A stretch of 64,000 bases of DNA from an uncultured Actinomycetota bacterium (lineage in GTDB: Bacteria; Actinomycetota; Actinomycetes; CAVWCF01). This document shows positions 28,818 through 37,505 of this stretch, one piece after another. Made by a program: the position numbers and the translations under genes. Every line of letters starts with the position of its first letter. Positions within the stretch are counted from its first letter, which is position 1. Where the stretch lies: positions 800,001-864,000 of the forward strand of contig CAVWCF010000001.1 of assembly GCA_963753435.1 (NCBI GenBank). The letters run 5' to 3'. Under the pieces are notes generated by a model. It saw only the letters and a program-made list of their open reading frames with translations. It did no database searches and was not told the DNA's origin.

Positions 28818-29591
28818 CTACCGCAACGGCCGGGACGGGTAGCCGGTGTCGAAGTGCATGTAGTCGGGGACCGAGATGTTCTGCCAGATCCAGCCTTCGT
28901 CGGTGAACGCCGCCCAAACGGGTCCACCCTCGACGATGACCCCGGGACCCTCCCGGGTAGTCCCGAACTCGTCGCTCGGACTCCAGCAACGGCACCGGGG
29001 GTCCTGCCAGGGGTTCTCGTACGGGTTGATGTCGATGGCGCGGCCATTGGCATGTGGTGATTTCGACGCTGGCGCGTTGGCCTGTGCGGCGGACCGGCAG
29101 TTGTACGCGCCGGTGTTGTCGTCAGCCATGCTGGCCTCGTTGTCACCGCCGTAGGCGTCGAGCGGAACCATCTGGCGAATGGGGAACTCCGCCTCGAATA
29201 TCCGCGTGAAGATGCGCGCCAGGCTGTCGGCGACGTCAGCGTTGACAACGATTGCGCCGCGGCGGACCTCACCCTCGAAGTCGTAGTGGTTGACCTCAAG
29301 CCGGCGCAGGGTCTGCTGCGTCATCGGGCATCCAGGCCGCCACATCCCGGCTGCCACCATTGCCTGCCACTGGTCGTCACTGATGGCCAGAATCTCCGGG
29401 TCAGCAGACGGTGGTTCGGGAGTTGGGGTGGCGGTTGGACTTGGGGTCACCGGCCGGGAAGTCACCGGTGCCGGGCTGGTGCTGATCGGGTCCGAGGCGG
29501 GCGCACTGCTGTCCGATCCGGTGCACCCGAGCAGGCCAAACAGAAGTACCGCGGCTCCCGCCGCAGCCGGGAAACGGACGTGCCGCACCAA
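28818..29591 (-). CDS. M15 family metallopeptidase lipoprotein (D,D/L,D-peptidase-like)
   Basis: Lipobox LLGC, Pro/Thr linker, YNCR, SPHANGRAIDINP (SxHxxGxAxD), DYMHF. Confidence 0.9.
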   Translation of the reverse strand: MVRHVRFPAAAGAAVLLFGLLGCTGSDSSAPASDPISTSPAPVTSRPVTPSPTATPTPEPPSADPEILAISDDQWQAMVAAGMWRPGCPMTQQTLRRLEVNHYDFEGEVRRGAIVVNADVADSLARIFTRIFEAEFPIRQMVPLDAYGGDNEASMADDNTGAYNCRSAAQANAPASKSPHANGRAIDINPYENPWQDPRCRCWSPSDEFGTTREGPGVIVEGGPVWAAFTDEGWIWQNISVPDYMHFDTGYPSRPLR

Positions 29592-29649
29592 TCACTCCAA
29601 CCGCGTTTGTTCGCCAGACGATAGGCAGAGTTGGTCGCGGAATGCGACG

Positions 29650-31053
29650 TCAGCAACGGTAGAAGCGTGCCGCGGTGTCGCTGACCACGCCCGTGGAACC
29701 AACGGCCGTGACCGCCCCCGCCCCCAGCGACGCCCGCGCGTTCTCGGTGGCGGAAGTAACGCAGGTGCCGGAGGTGAGCAGCATCGGAGCGTTCTCCCTA
29801 TCGGCGATGGGGACCGCGGAAAGGGCGTCGGGGAAGTTGAGCCCGGTCGAGAGCATGACGGTTGCCGAAGACCCGAATTGCTTGGCGATGACCGCGGCCG
29901 TGGCGTATCGATCGGACCCGGCGAGTCGACTCACGGTGCCGCTCGTGTAGGAGCGCAAGAGGGTCTCGACCCCGGACGACACGACGCCGGTGCTACCGAG
30001 AATGACGATCCGGCCCGGGCGCAGGCGTTGCAGCGCCGCGGCGGTGGCGTCTGGGATCGACTTGGTCGATACCAGGAGCATCGGGGAACCGTTGCGCGCC
30101 GCCAGCGGGCCACCCGCCAAGGCGTCGGGGAAGTTGGACCCGGTCGCGACATAAACGATGCCCACCCCGGGCGCGAATGCCTCCGACAGCGCGGCGGCTG
30201 TCGAGTACCTGTTGGCTCCGGCGACGCGCTGCACCGGGCCCGAGGTGTACGCCGCCAAGGCTGCTTCCACCGCGGCGGAGACAACACCAGTGCTGCCGAC
30301 GACAACGATGCGTTGCGGGCGCAGGCGCTGCAGTTCGGCCGCCACCGCCGGCGGAATCGAGTTGACGTCGACCGGCAGGACCGGTCCTCCGGCTCGAGCC
30401 GCGATGGGGCCGGCGGCCAGGCCGTCTGGGAAGTTGCGCCCGGTTGCGATGTAGGCGACCGGAACACCGGGCGCGAACGTTGATTCGCTGAGGCTGGAAG
30501 CGGTGGCGTACCGGTCATCGCCGGCCAACCTCTCGACGGTGACCGTCGGCGGCGGCACGTCCTCAGCGAGGCTGCGCGTGGTGGCGATGAAGTTCATCGT
30601 GGCCCAGACGCGACCGTTCTTCACGACGACGCCGAGACCGACCCAGTTGACCTTGCTGTCGAGGATGTTGGCGCGGTGCCCGGACGAGTTCATGAAGGCG
30701 TTGTAGACCGAGGCGACGCTGGATGCGTACCCGACGTTCTCGGACAGCCGCGTCCAGGAACTCGTCACCCGCGACGAGATCTGACTCGCGTACGCGGGGT
30801 TGTGGTACAGCCTGTTTTCAGCCGCCATGCGCGCCGACCACGGCCGCGATACCAAGTCGTTGGCATCCCTTGAGAGCTTCACTGGGGCAACGCCGGCGGC
30901 TGCGCGGGAGGTGTTGATGCGGTCCAGCAGGTCGAACTCCGCAGACGTGACCGCCGACGCGGCCGAAGGCTGCACCACGACCAGGCCGACGAGAAGCAAC
31001 GCCGCCATCGCCAACAGCGCGACGACGCGCTGGGTGCTACCAACTACCGACAT
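29650..31053 (-). CDS. Secreted CAP/SCP-domain protein with three cell-wall-binding-2 repeats
   Basis: Signal peptide; CAP motifs ENVG, FMNSSGHRANIL; three repeats R(L/V)AGxxRYxTA...TGxNFPD(A/G)L. Confidence 0.9.
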   Translation of the reverse strand: MSVVGSTQRVVALLAMAALLLVGLVVVQPSAASAVTSAEFDLLDRINTSRAAAGVAPVKLSRDANDLVSRPWSARMAAENRLYHNPAYASQISSRVTSSWTRLSENVGYASSVASVYNAFMNSSGHRANILDSKVNWVGLGVVVKNGRVWATMNFIATTRSLAEDVPPPTVTVERLAGDDRYATASSLSESTFAPGVPVAYIATGRNFPDGLAAGPIAARAGGPVLPVDVNSIPPAVAAELQRLRPQRIVVVGSTGVVSAAVEAALAAYTSGPVQRVAGANRYSTAAALSEAFAPGVGIVYVATGSNFPDALAGGPLAARNGSPMLLVSTKSIPDATAAALQRLRPGRIVILGSTGVVSSGVETLLRSYTSGTVSRLAGSDRYATAAVIAKQFGSSATVMLSTGLNFPDALSAVPIADRENAPMLLTSGTCVTSATENARASLGAGAVTAVGSTGVVSDTAARFYRC

Positions 31054-31312
31054 GACCTCCCCTGCCTACGAGGGGTAGATCGGTTCGCGGGGAGGCCGTG
31101 CGTACGACCGATCGGGTGGTCCGGTCCCGGCGCTAGACCGGACGGGTGACCTCAGGCGAGCGGGACCTAGGTCCTTGTGATTCGAATTGGATTCGAGTTG
31201 CCTCGATTGTGGAACCGCCCGTGCCCCCAGTGGTCCGTAGCAGAATCACTTCCAAGGCGCGGGCGGCTCCACGCGAAGTGTCAGACCACGCAACGTCTAA
31301 ATCAACAAAGGC

Positions 31313-31344
31313 AGAAGCCGCATGCGATCAGCACGCGGTTTTCT
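31313..31344 (-). terminator. Hairpin downstream of tRNA-Asn
   Basis: AGAAAACCGCGTG / CATGCGGCTTCT imperfect stem followed by a T-rich tail on the minus strand. Confidence 0.5.
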
Positions 31345-31351
31345 CGGCTCG

Positions 31352-31427
31352 TGGCTCCCGCGATTGGACTCGAACCAATAACCTGCCGGTTAACAGCCGG
31401 CTGCTCTGCCAATTGAGCTACGCGGGA
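31352..31427 (-). tRNA. tRNA-Asn (GTT)
   Basis: TCCCGCG acceptor stem, anticodon arm GCCGG-CTGTTAA-CCGGC, TTCGAGT T-loop, CCA. Confidence 0.97.
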
Positions 31428-31479
31428 TTGGCGGGGTGGAACGGTACCAGCCGGTTGAGGCCATCCCGAATGCCCAGGA

Positions 31480-31941
31480 TCAGGGCAGCAATCCCTTCAG
31501 TCGTTCCACCTCACGGGTCGCCTCGGCCCGAATCTCGGGATCATCGGCATCAAGGTTGTCGAAGATCACGGTCCAGTGGATCTCCCCTCCCGAGGGCGGT
31601 CGGCGAGCCATGATCACCGCGCTGCCGCGAGACAGCGGCACCCGCTCAGACAGGACGATGCTGGCCTCCACCCGTTCCCGCACCACCTCGGGTAGCCGGG
31701 TCTCGTCCAGCCCCAGGGTCAGCCTGATCTCGCCGAGGTCACCTCGCCGCAACACCAAGACCCCCTCATCCCAAGAGGCCCGGTGCACCGACTCCCATGG
31801 GACCTGCTGGCCGTCCGCCAGCACCAGACACGACTCTGTGGCCACGACCCACCCGGTGGCCGCCTCTGCCCAGCCCAGCGCCCGCCCGCCCGGCGGTACC
31901 AACGCGGCGGCTTCGGCCGGGGCGCGCCGAAACAGGCTCAT
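31480..31941 (-). CDS. Conserved hypothetical protein downstream of dnaG
   Basis: ATGA-coupled to dnaG; PWESV..A.W and LPEVVRERVEASIV motifs of an actinobacterial family. Confidence 0.7.
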   Translation of the reverse strand: MSLFRRAPAEAAALVPPGGRALGWAEAATGWVVATESCLVLADGQQVPWESVHRASWDEGVLVLRRGDLGEIRLTLGLDETRLPEVVRERVEASIVLSERVPLSRGSAVIMARRPPSGGEIHWTVIFDNLDADDPEIRAEATREVERLKGLLP

Positions 31942-33830
31942 CCCGCCCCGACTAGCCGATCCCGCAGGGCGCGCCGCTGCTGTTCCAGATCTAGCAGTTG
32001 CGCGAACGCCGCCCCGTAGCCGGCAGCGTCGTCCGGGTTGGTCCGCTCCAACTGCGCCTTGGCGTCGGTGATGCGTTGCAGCAGCGAGCGCTCGGCCAGC
32101 CGAGCCACCTGTTCGCCGGCATAGCGCGCATCCACTGTGTCGGTGAGCAACGGCTCCACCGCCAGCGCCGTGATCAGCGCCTGCATGCGATCACTGCCAG
32201 CGGCCTGCCGCAGTTGCTCCGCCCACTGGGCACCGGCAGCGCCGTCCTTCCACTCCGTAGCGATCAGGTGCCGCACGGCCGCGTACGCGGGGTGCCGGAA
32301 CGCCGCATCGTCGAGAGCGGCGAAACCCGCCGCTACCAGGTCCGGGCGCTGCACAGCCAACTTGCAGGCCTCCCGATCCACGATCAGGGCGCGGTCGTTG
32401 GCGTCCGGCAGCGCCGGTGCGCTCGGGCCCGCGTCCTCGAGGCCGGGTGTTCCGGCCGGAGCCGACGAGTCGCCTCTGGTCGCCGGGGCGGCCTGGCCCG
32501 AGCGGGCGGGACCACGTTTGGCCGCATCCACGACCTGCGCGACATCGACGCCAAGCCAGCTGGCCAGCCGCGCGGCGTACTCCGGGCGCAGCGATCGGTC
32601 GCGGATGTGCGACAACAACGGCGCCGTCGCCTTCAGCGCGGCGATTCGACCCTCGGCGTGCCGCAGATCGAAATCGTCGATGACCGAACGCATCACGAAC
32701 TCCGGCAGCGGCACCCGTCGGTCCACCAGTGCCTGCACGGCGGCATCACCGTGCGCCATACGAAGATCGCACGGGTCCATCCCGTGCTCATCAATGGCCA
32801 CGAACGTCTGCGAAACGAACTCCGCGTCGTGCTCAAAGGCCCGCATCGCCGCCTTGCGCCCGGCGGCGTCACCGTCGAACGTGAAGACCACCGCGCCGGC
32901 GTTGCCGGCGGAGTCCAGCAGCAGCCGCCGCAGGATCTTCGTGTGCCCGGACCCGAAAGCCGTTCCGCAGGTGGCCACCGCTGTCGTGACCCCGGCCAGA
33001 TGCGCCGCCATCACGTCGGTGTACCCCTCCACCACGACCGCCTGGCGCTGTTTGGCGATCTCACGCTTGGCCTGGTCCAGCCCGAACAACACCTCCGACT
33101 TGCGGTACGCGGCCGTTTCCGGGGTGTTCAGGTACTTGGGGCCCTCGTCGTCGTCGAACAACTTGCGGGCACCGAAGCCGATCGGGTCGCCGGTGACATC
33201 ACGAATGGTCCAGACCAGACGACCTCGGAACCGGTCGTAGACGCCACGTTGACCCTCGACCACCAGTCCGGCCGCCAGCAACTCCTCCTGGCTGAAACCC
33301 CGCCCGCGCAGGTGCTTGGCCAAGGCGTCCCAAGACCGCGGCGCGAAACCGACTCCGAAACGCTTGGCTGCTTCGGCATCGAAACCGCGACCGCTCAGGA
33401 ACTCCCGGCCGGGCGCGGCCTCGGCGCCGCTGAGCTGGTCAGCGAAGAACTGGGCTGCGGCGGCGTTGGCCTCGACGATGCGAGTGCGGATCGAGCGCTG
33501 CCGACTCGACGGCCCGGAACCGCCCTCGGTGTACTGCAACTGCACCCCGAACTGGGCAGCCAGCCGCTCCACGGCCTCGGTGAACGAAAGATGCTCGACT
33601 TCCTGCACAAAGCCGATCACGTCGCCGCCGGCGCCGCAGCCGAAGCAGTAGTACAGACCCCGCGAAGGGGTCACGTGGAACGACGGCGACTTCTCGTCGT
33701 GGAAAGGGCACAGCCCCTTCAGGCTCCCGCCACCGGCGCCGCGCAACTGGACGTACTGACCCACGACCTGGTCGATGCTGGCGCGCTCACGTACCTGGGC
33801 GATGTCCTCGTCGCGGATCCGCCCGGTCAT
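31938..33830 (-). CDS. dnaG: DNA primase
   Basis: CHC2 zinc finger CPFHDEKSPSF...CFGC, PKYLNTPET, TOPRIM VEGYTDV and FDGD. Confidence 0.98.
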   Translation of the reverse strand: MTGRIRDEDIAQVRERASIDQVVGQYVQLRGAGGGSLKGLCPFHDEKSPSFHVTPSRGLYYCFGCGAGGDVIGFVQEVEHLSFTEAVERLAAQFGVQLQYTEGGSGPSSRQRSIRTRIVEANAAAAQFFADQLSGAEAAPGREFLSGRGFDAEAAKRFGVGFAPRSWDALAKHLRGRGFSQEELLAAGLVVEGQRGVYDRFRGRLVWTIRDVTGDPIGFGARKLFDDDEGPKYLNTPETAAYRKSEVLFGLDQAKREIAKQRQAVVVEGYTDVMAAHLAGVTTAVATCGTAFGSGHTKILRRLLLDSAGNAGAVVFTFDGDAAGRKAAMRAFEHDAEFVSQTFVAIDEHGMDPCDLRMAHGDAAVQALVDRRVPLPEFVMRSVIDDFDLRHAEGRIAALKATAPLLSHIRDRSLRPEYAARLASWLGVDVAQVVDAAKRGPARSGQAAPATRGDSSAPAGTPGLEDAGPSAPALPDANDRALIVDREACKLAVQRPDLVAAGFAALDDAAFRHPAYAAVRHLIATEWKDGAAGAQWAEQLRQAAGSDRMQALITALAVEPLLTDTVDARYAGEQVARLAERSLLQRITDAKAQLERTNPDDAAGYGAAFAQLLDLEQQRRALRDRLVGAG

Positions 33831-33858
33831 GGCCGCACCCTAAGCCGGGCCGGTCGGC

Positions 33859-35079
33859 TCACACTTCGCCGAGGGGAACGTGTGCGTCCACCAGCCGCTC
33901 CACCGCGGCCGGTCGACCGGACTTGATCAATCCCTGGATCTCCTCGGTCACGTCCCAGACGTTGACGTTCATCCCCGCGACCACCCGGTCACCGGACAAC
34001 CAGAACGCGATGAACTCCAGCGACTCCGGCCGGCCGCGGTAGACGACGCGGTCGTAGTCACCGGGCGCGGCGACGCCGCTGAACTCCATGCCCAACTCGA
34101 ACTGGTCGGTGTAGAAGTACGGGACCCGGTCGTAGGAGACCGACTCCCCCGCCATGTTGCGTCCGGCCACCTTGCCGGTGTTCAACGCGTTGGCCCAGTG
34201 CTCGACCCGCAACGGCCGCTGCAGCAGCGGACTGAACGCTTCGACCACGTCGCCGGCGGCAAAGACGCCCTCGGCTGACGTCTGCAGGTTGGCATCGGTG
34301 CGGATGCCGGAGGCCACCTCCAAGCCGGCGTCCGCGGCCAGGGACAGCCGTGGCTGCGCTCCCACCCCGACCACGACCACGTCGGCTTCCACCGGCTCAC
34401 CGGCGACGGTCAGCACCGCGGCACCGTTTGCGGCGGCAACGCTTTCGACGCCCGATCCGGTGCGCACTTCGACTCCATGGTGGCGATGCAGCCGGGCGAA
34501 CAGGTCGCCCAACTCCGGCCCCAAAGCACCGTGCAGCGGCGTTGGCTGTGGCTCGATGACCACAACCTCGTTGCCGGCGTTGCGGGCGGCGGCGGCGACC
34601 TCCAAGCCGATCCAGCCACCACCGATGACGGCGACCCGCCGACCGCCCACATCCAGGGCGGCTTTCAACGCCCGGGCGTCGTCCAGGGTCCGCAGGTAGA
34701 GCAGCTCCACGTCGGCAGCGCCGGGCACGTCCAACCGCCTCGGTTCGGCGCCGGTGGCGAGCAGCAGTTTGTCGAAGCCGATCGCCGATCCGTCCGCGAG
34801 ACCGACCATGCGCGCGGCCAAATCAAGTTGCACAGCCTCCGACCCCGTACGCAGATCAACGTCGTTGTCGGCGTACCAGTCCCGGGGCAGCGCCAGCGTG
34901 TCCTCGGCGCTCTTACCGCCGGCCAGGAACCCCTTCGACAACGCCGGTCGCTCATACGGTGCTTCATCCTCGGCCGCGAGCAGCGTGACCGGCCCGTCAA
35001 AACCGGCACCTCGTGCCGCTTCCACCGCCCGGGCACCTGCCAACCCGCCACCAACGACCACGATCCCGGACTCAGACAT
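33859..35079 (-). CDS. FAD/NAD-dependent ferredoxin reductase (Pyr_redox_2 + Reductase_C)
   Basis: GGGLAG, PYERPALSK, GGGWIGLE, AAGD, EHWANA, PYFYTDQF. Confidence 0.92.
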   Translation of the reverse strand: MSESGIVVVGGGLAGARAVEAARGAGFDGPVTLLAAEDEAPYERPALSKGFLAGGKSAEDTLALPRDWYADNDVDLRTGSEAVQLDLAARMVGLADGSAIGFDKLLLATGAEPRRLDVPGAADVELLYLRTLDDARALKAALDVGGRRVAVIGGGWIGLEVAAAARNAGNEVVVIEPQPTPLHGALGPELGDLFARLHRHHGVEVRTGSGVESVAAANGAAVLTVAGEPVEADVVVVGVGAQPRLSLAADAGLEVASGIRTDANLQTSAEGVFAAGDVVEAFSPLLQRPLRVEHWANALNTGKVAGRNMAGESVSYDRVPYFYTDQFELGMEFSGVAAPGDYDRVVYRGRPESLEFIAFWLSGDRVVAGMNVNVWDVTEEIQGLIKSGRPAAVERLVDAHVPLGEV

Positions 35080-35107
35080 AGACCCCATCGTGGACGAAGA
35101 CCGGGTC

Positions 35108-35569
35108 TCACGCAGCCGGTCGGGAGAGACGAACCGCACGGAAGTGCGGAATGCCCGTATCTGTCACGAACTCCTCGCCCACGATGTCGAACCCCGCCCG
35201 CTCCCAGAAACTGAGGGCGCTGGTGCGGGCGTTGCACCAGAGCAACTGGGGCGGATTCGGCAACGTCAGGGCGCGGCGCACCACCGCAGCGACCAACGCG
35301 GAACCGATGCCTTGGCCTCGCGCGTCTTCGCGGACGGCGACTCCCCGCAAGCGCCACCCAGAATCCGAGGCCTCTTCCGGCAACGGGTCCGGGACATAGG
35401 ACGTGACACCCAACAGCTCTTCCCCGACACAGGCGGCCAGGTGCACCGCCTCAGGGTGATCATCGAGAGACCAGACCGCGGCGGCGGTGTCCCCGCCGCG
35501 CAGGACCGCTGCCCGCAACGGCACCACGCGGGCCAGCGGCACCGCCTCGATCAGCAGGTCGCCGGTCAT
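35108..35569 (-). CDS. GNAT family N-acetyltransferase
   Basis: LR..VLR, WRLRGVAV...RGQGIG, LWCNAR..A..FW...GF; TGATG overlap with dgt. Confidence 0.88.
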   Translation of the reverse strand: MTGDLLIEAVPLARVVPLRAAVLRGGDTAAAVWSLDDHPEAVHLAACVGEELLGVTSYVPDPLPEEASDSGWRLRGVAVREDARGQGIGSALVAAVVRRALTLPNPPQLLWCNARTSALSFWERAGFDIVGEEFVTDTGIPHFRAVRLSRPAA

Positions 35570-36804
35570 CACGAACTCATCGACAGGTGCCGATGCAGCG
35601 CCAGCGCCGACAGGTCGGTGTAGGAGGCGACCTGGTCGACAACCGCGCGAAGTCGAGCGGAGTCGTCGCCGGCCGCGGCGAAGGCCTGCCGAAACTCCGG
35701 GCTGAGCGTTTCCGGTGCGCCGCGGCGTACGTGTTCGAACACCTCTTCCAGGATCTCCCGCTGTTCGGCGTACCGCTGCTGGGCCTGGGGCCGGTGCATA
35801 ACCGCCGAAGCGGCCATGGCTTTCAGTCCGGCGACTCGCAGCCGCGTGTCCTCCGGAACGATCAGGTCCGCCGCATAGCGACGTAGTGGCCCGCCATGCA
35901 CCGCTGTGGTGGCTGCCACCGCCGCCGAGCAGAAGCGCCCGATCAACGCACTGGTGAGGGCCTTCAGCGCGGCCAGGTCGGCACGGGTGCCGGAGAACGC
36001 CTTGGGCCACCGCAACTCGACGACCAGTTCGCCCAACGCCGAAGCGATCGTTTCGACATCCACATCCGGTGCGTAGGCAGTCACATGACCCGATAGGGCG
36101 TCCGTGAGCGCTGCGGAATCGTGCAGCACCGCAAGGTCCACGTGCCCGGCGTGGATGCCGTCCTCAAGGTCATGCACCGAGTAGGCGACGTCGTCGGCGA
36201 AGTCCATGACCTGCGCTTCCAGACAGGTCGCGCGTGCCGGCGCGTCTTGCCGCATCCAGTCGAACGCGGCCCGGTCGTCGTCGTACACACCGAACTTGCC
36301 CGGCCCGGATCGTTGCCATGGGTACTTCGTGGCGGCGTCCAAGCTGGCCCTCGTCAGGTTGAGGCCGGCGGGCCGCCCATCGGGAGCCGTCGCCTTGGGC
36401 TCCAACCGCGTGAGGACCCGGAAGGTCTGGGCGTTTCCTTCGAAGCCACCGGCATCGGCGGCCAGGCGGTCGAGCACCGATTCGCCGTTGTGCCCGAACG
36501 GCGGGTGCCCGAGGTCATGGGCCAGCCCCGCGCAATCCACCAGGTCAGCGTCGCAACCCAGCGCGTTTCCCAGTTCCCTAGCGATCTGGGCGCATTCCAA
36601 GGAATGCGTCAGGCGAGTCCGGGGGAAGTCGCTGATGCCCGGTTCGACGACCTGGGTGGTGGCGGCAAGTCGACGCAGGCCGGCACTGTGCAGCACCCGG
36701 GCCCGATCCCGGGCGAACGGTGACCTGGCCGTCGCCTTCTCTGGTTCGGCGAGCAGCCGGGCCAGCGATTCCGGCCCGTACCCGGCGACCGTGGCGTCGG
36801 TCAC
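35569..36804 (-). CDS. dgt: Deoxyguanosinetriphosphate triphosphohydrolase
   Basis: RTRLTHSLE, HDLGHPPFGH, FEGNAQ, DDVAYSVHDLED. Confidence 0.96.
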   Translation of the reverse strand: MTDATVAGYGPESLARLLAEPEKATARSPFARDRARVLHSAGLRRLAATTQVVEPGISDFPRTRLTHSLECAQIARELGNALGCDADLVDCAGLAHDLGHPPFGHNGESVLDRLAADAGGFEGNAQTFRVLTRLEPKATAPDGRPAGLNLTRASLDAATKYPWQRSGPGKFGVYDDDRAAFDWMRQDAPARATCLEAQVMDFADDVAYSVHDLEDGIHAGHVDLAVLHDSAALTDALSGHVTAYAPDVDVETIASALGELVVELRWPKAFSGTRADLAALKALTSALIGRFCSAAVAATTAVHGGPLRRYAADLIVPEDTRLRVAGLKAMAASAVMHRPQAQQRYAEQREILEEVFEHVRRGAPETLSPEFRQAFAAAGDDSARLRAVVDQVASYTDLSALALHRHLSMSS

Positions 36805-37463
36805 AGGGCGTCAGGTGCCGTCACACCCGGCTGGTTCCCAGTCCACCGGAACCACTGAAACGCCCACCAACCCATGGTTTCGCGCAAGACGTATCGGGGT
36901 TGTGCCCAAACCGGCGCGGCCGGGCCGTCCTGAACCGGCGACGCCACCGCATCCAGTCCGGCGACGGCGGCCATCTCGGTGCTGCGCAGCGCGTGCGCCG
37001 GGTCGGTCACCACGGTCACCCGCGTCCCGTTCCCCAGCGCCTCGGCGACCGCCTGCATGCTCGTCCAGGTGTCGCTGCCGGCATCAACCGCCAGCGTCGC
37101 CTCGTTCGGCACCCCGGCATCCTGCAGGTAGGCGGCCCCGGCTTCGGCCTCGGTGAACCGGTCACCGGGTTGCTTGCCGCCGACGGTGATGATCCGGTCG
37201 GCCACCCCGTCCTCGTACAACGCGAGCGCATGATCCAGGCGCGCGGCCAGCACCGCGGACGGTTGCCCGTCGTATTGGCTGGCGCCAAGAACCACGAGGG
37301 CTTCACTGGCGGACCGGTCATCGCTCAGGCCGGCCGCGAGCACCCGGATTCCCGACCAGGCGAACAACCCGACCAACACGAGGACCGCCACTGCCAGCAG
37401 CCGACCGATCCACCCGCGGCGGGCGCGGGTCGGGGTATCAGCCACGGCGGTCACGGCAGTCAT
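36801..37463 (-). CDS. YdcF/DUF218 family protein
   Basis: N-terminal TM, VLGASQY, ARLDHA, GGKQPGD..TEA, VTDPAH.LR, RE; start may be GTG at 37454. Confidence 0.88.
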   Translation of the reverse strand: MTAVTAVADTPTRARRGWIGRLLAVAVLVLVGLFAWSGIRVLAAGLSDDRSASEALVVLGASQYDGQPSAVLAARLDHALALYEDGVADRIITVGGKQPGDRFTEAEAGAAYLQDAGVPNEATLAVDAGSDTWTSMQAVAEALGNGTRVTVVTDPAHALRSTEMAAVAGLDAVASPVQDGPAAPVWAQPRYVLRETMGWWAFQWFRWTGNQPGVTAPDAL

Positions 37464-37505
37464 TGTCCCAGGTCCGCGGACCTGGGCCGGTCATCTCCGG
37501 CTGGA

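Noticed and set aside
31054-31350. Possible riboswitch (c-di-AMP/ydaO) or ncRNA upstream of the CAP/CWB2 gene
   Set aside because: I could not find the ydaO consensus blocks; only short repeats (GATTCGA x2, GGACCAC x2) of uncertain meaning. An Infernal/Rfam scan would settle it.
31998-33926. 642-aa + strand ORF, and similar long ORFs at 12074-13576, 36720-38663, 50721-52481, 53659-55428 and 62157-63980
   Set aside because: Antisense or alternate-frame shadows of clearly identified genes (dnaG, pepN, ppdK, leuA etc.); expected from stop-codon scarcity in high-GC DNA, with no recognisable motifs.
33859-35079. Ferredoxin reductase as the dedicated partner of the Rieske-less oxygenase or the DUF169 operon
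   Set aside because: It is distant from both and sits at a dgt-dnaG position I recall as common in actinomycetes; no sequence evidence links them.
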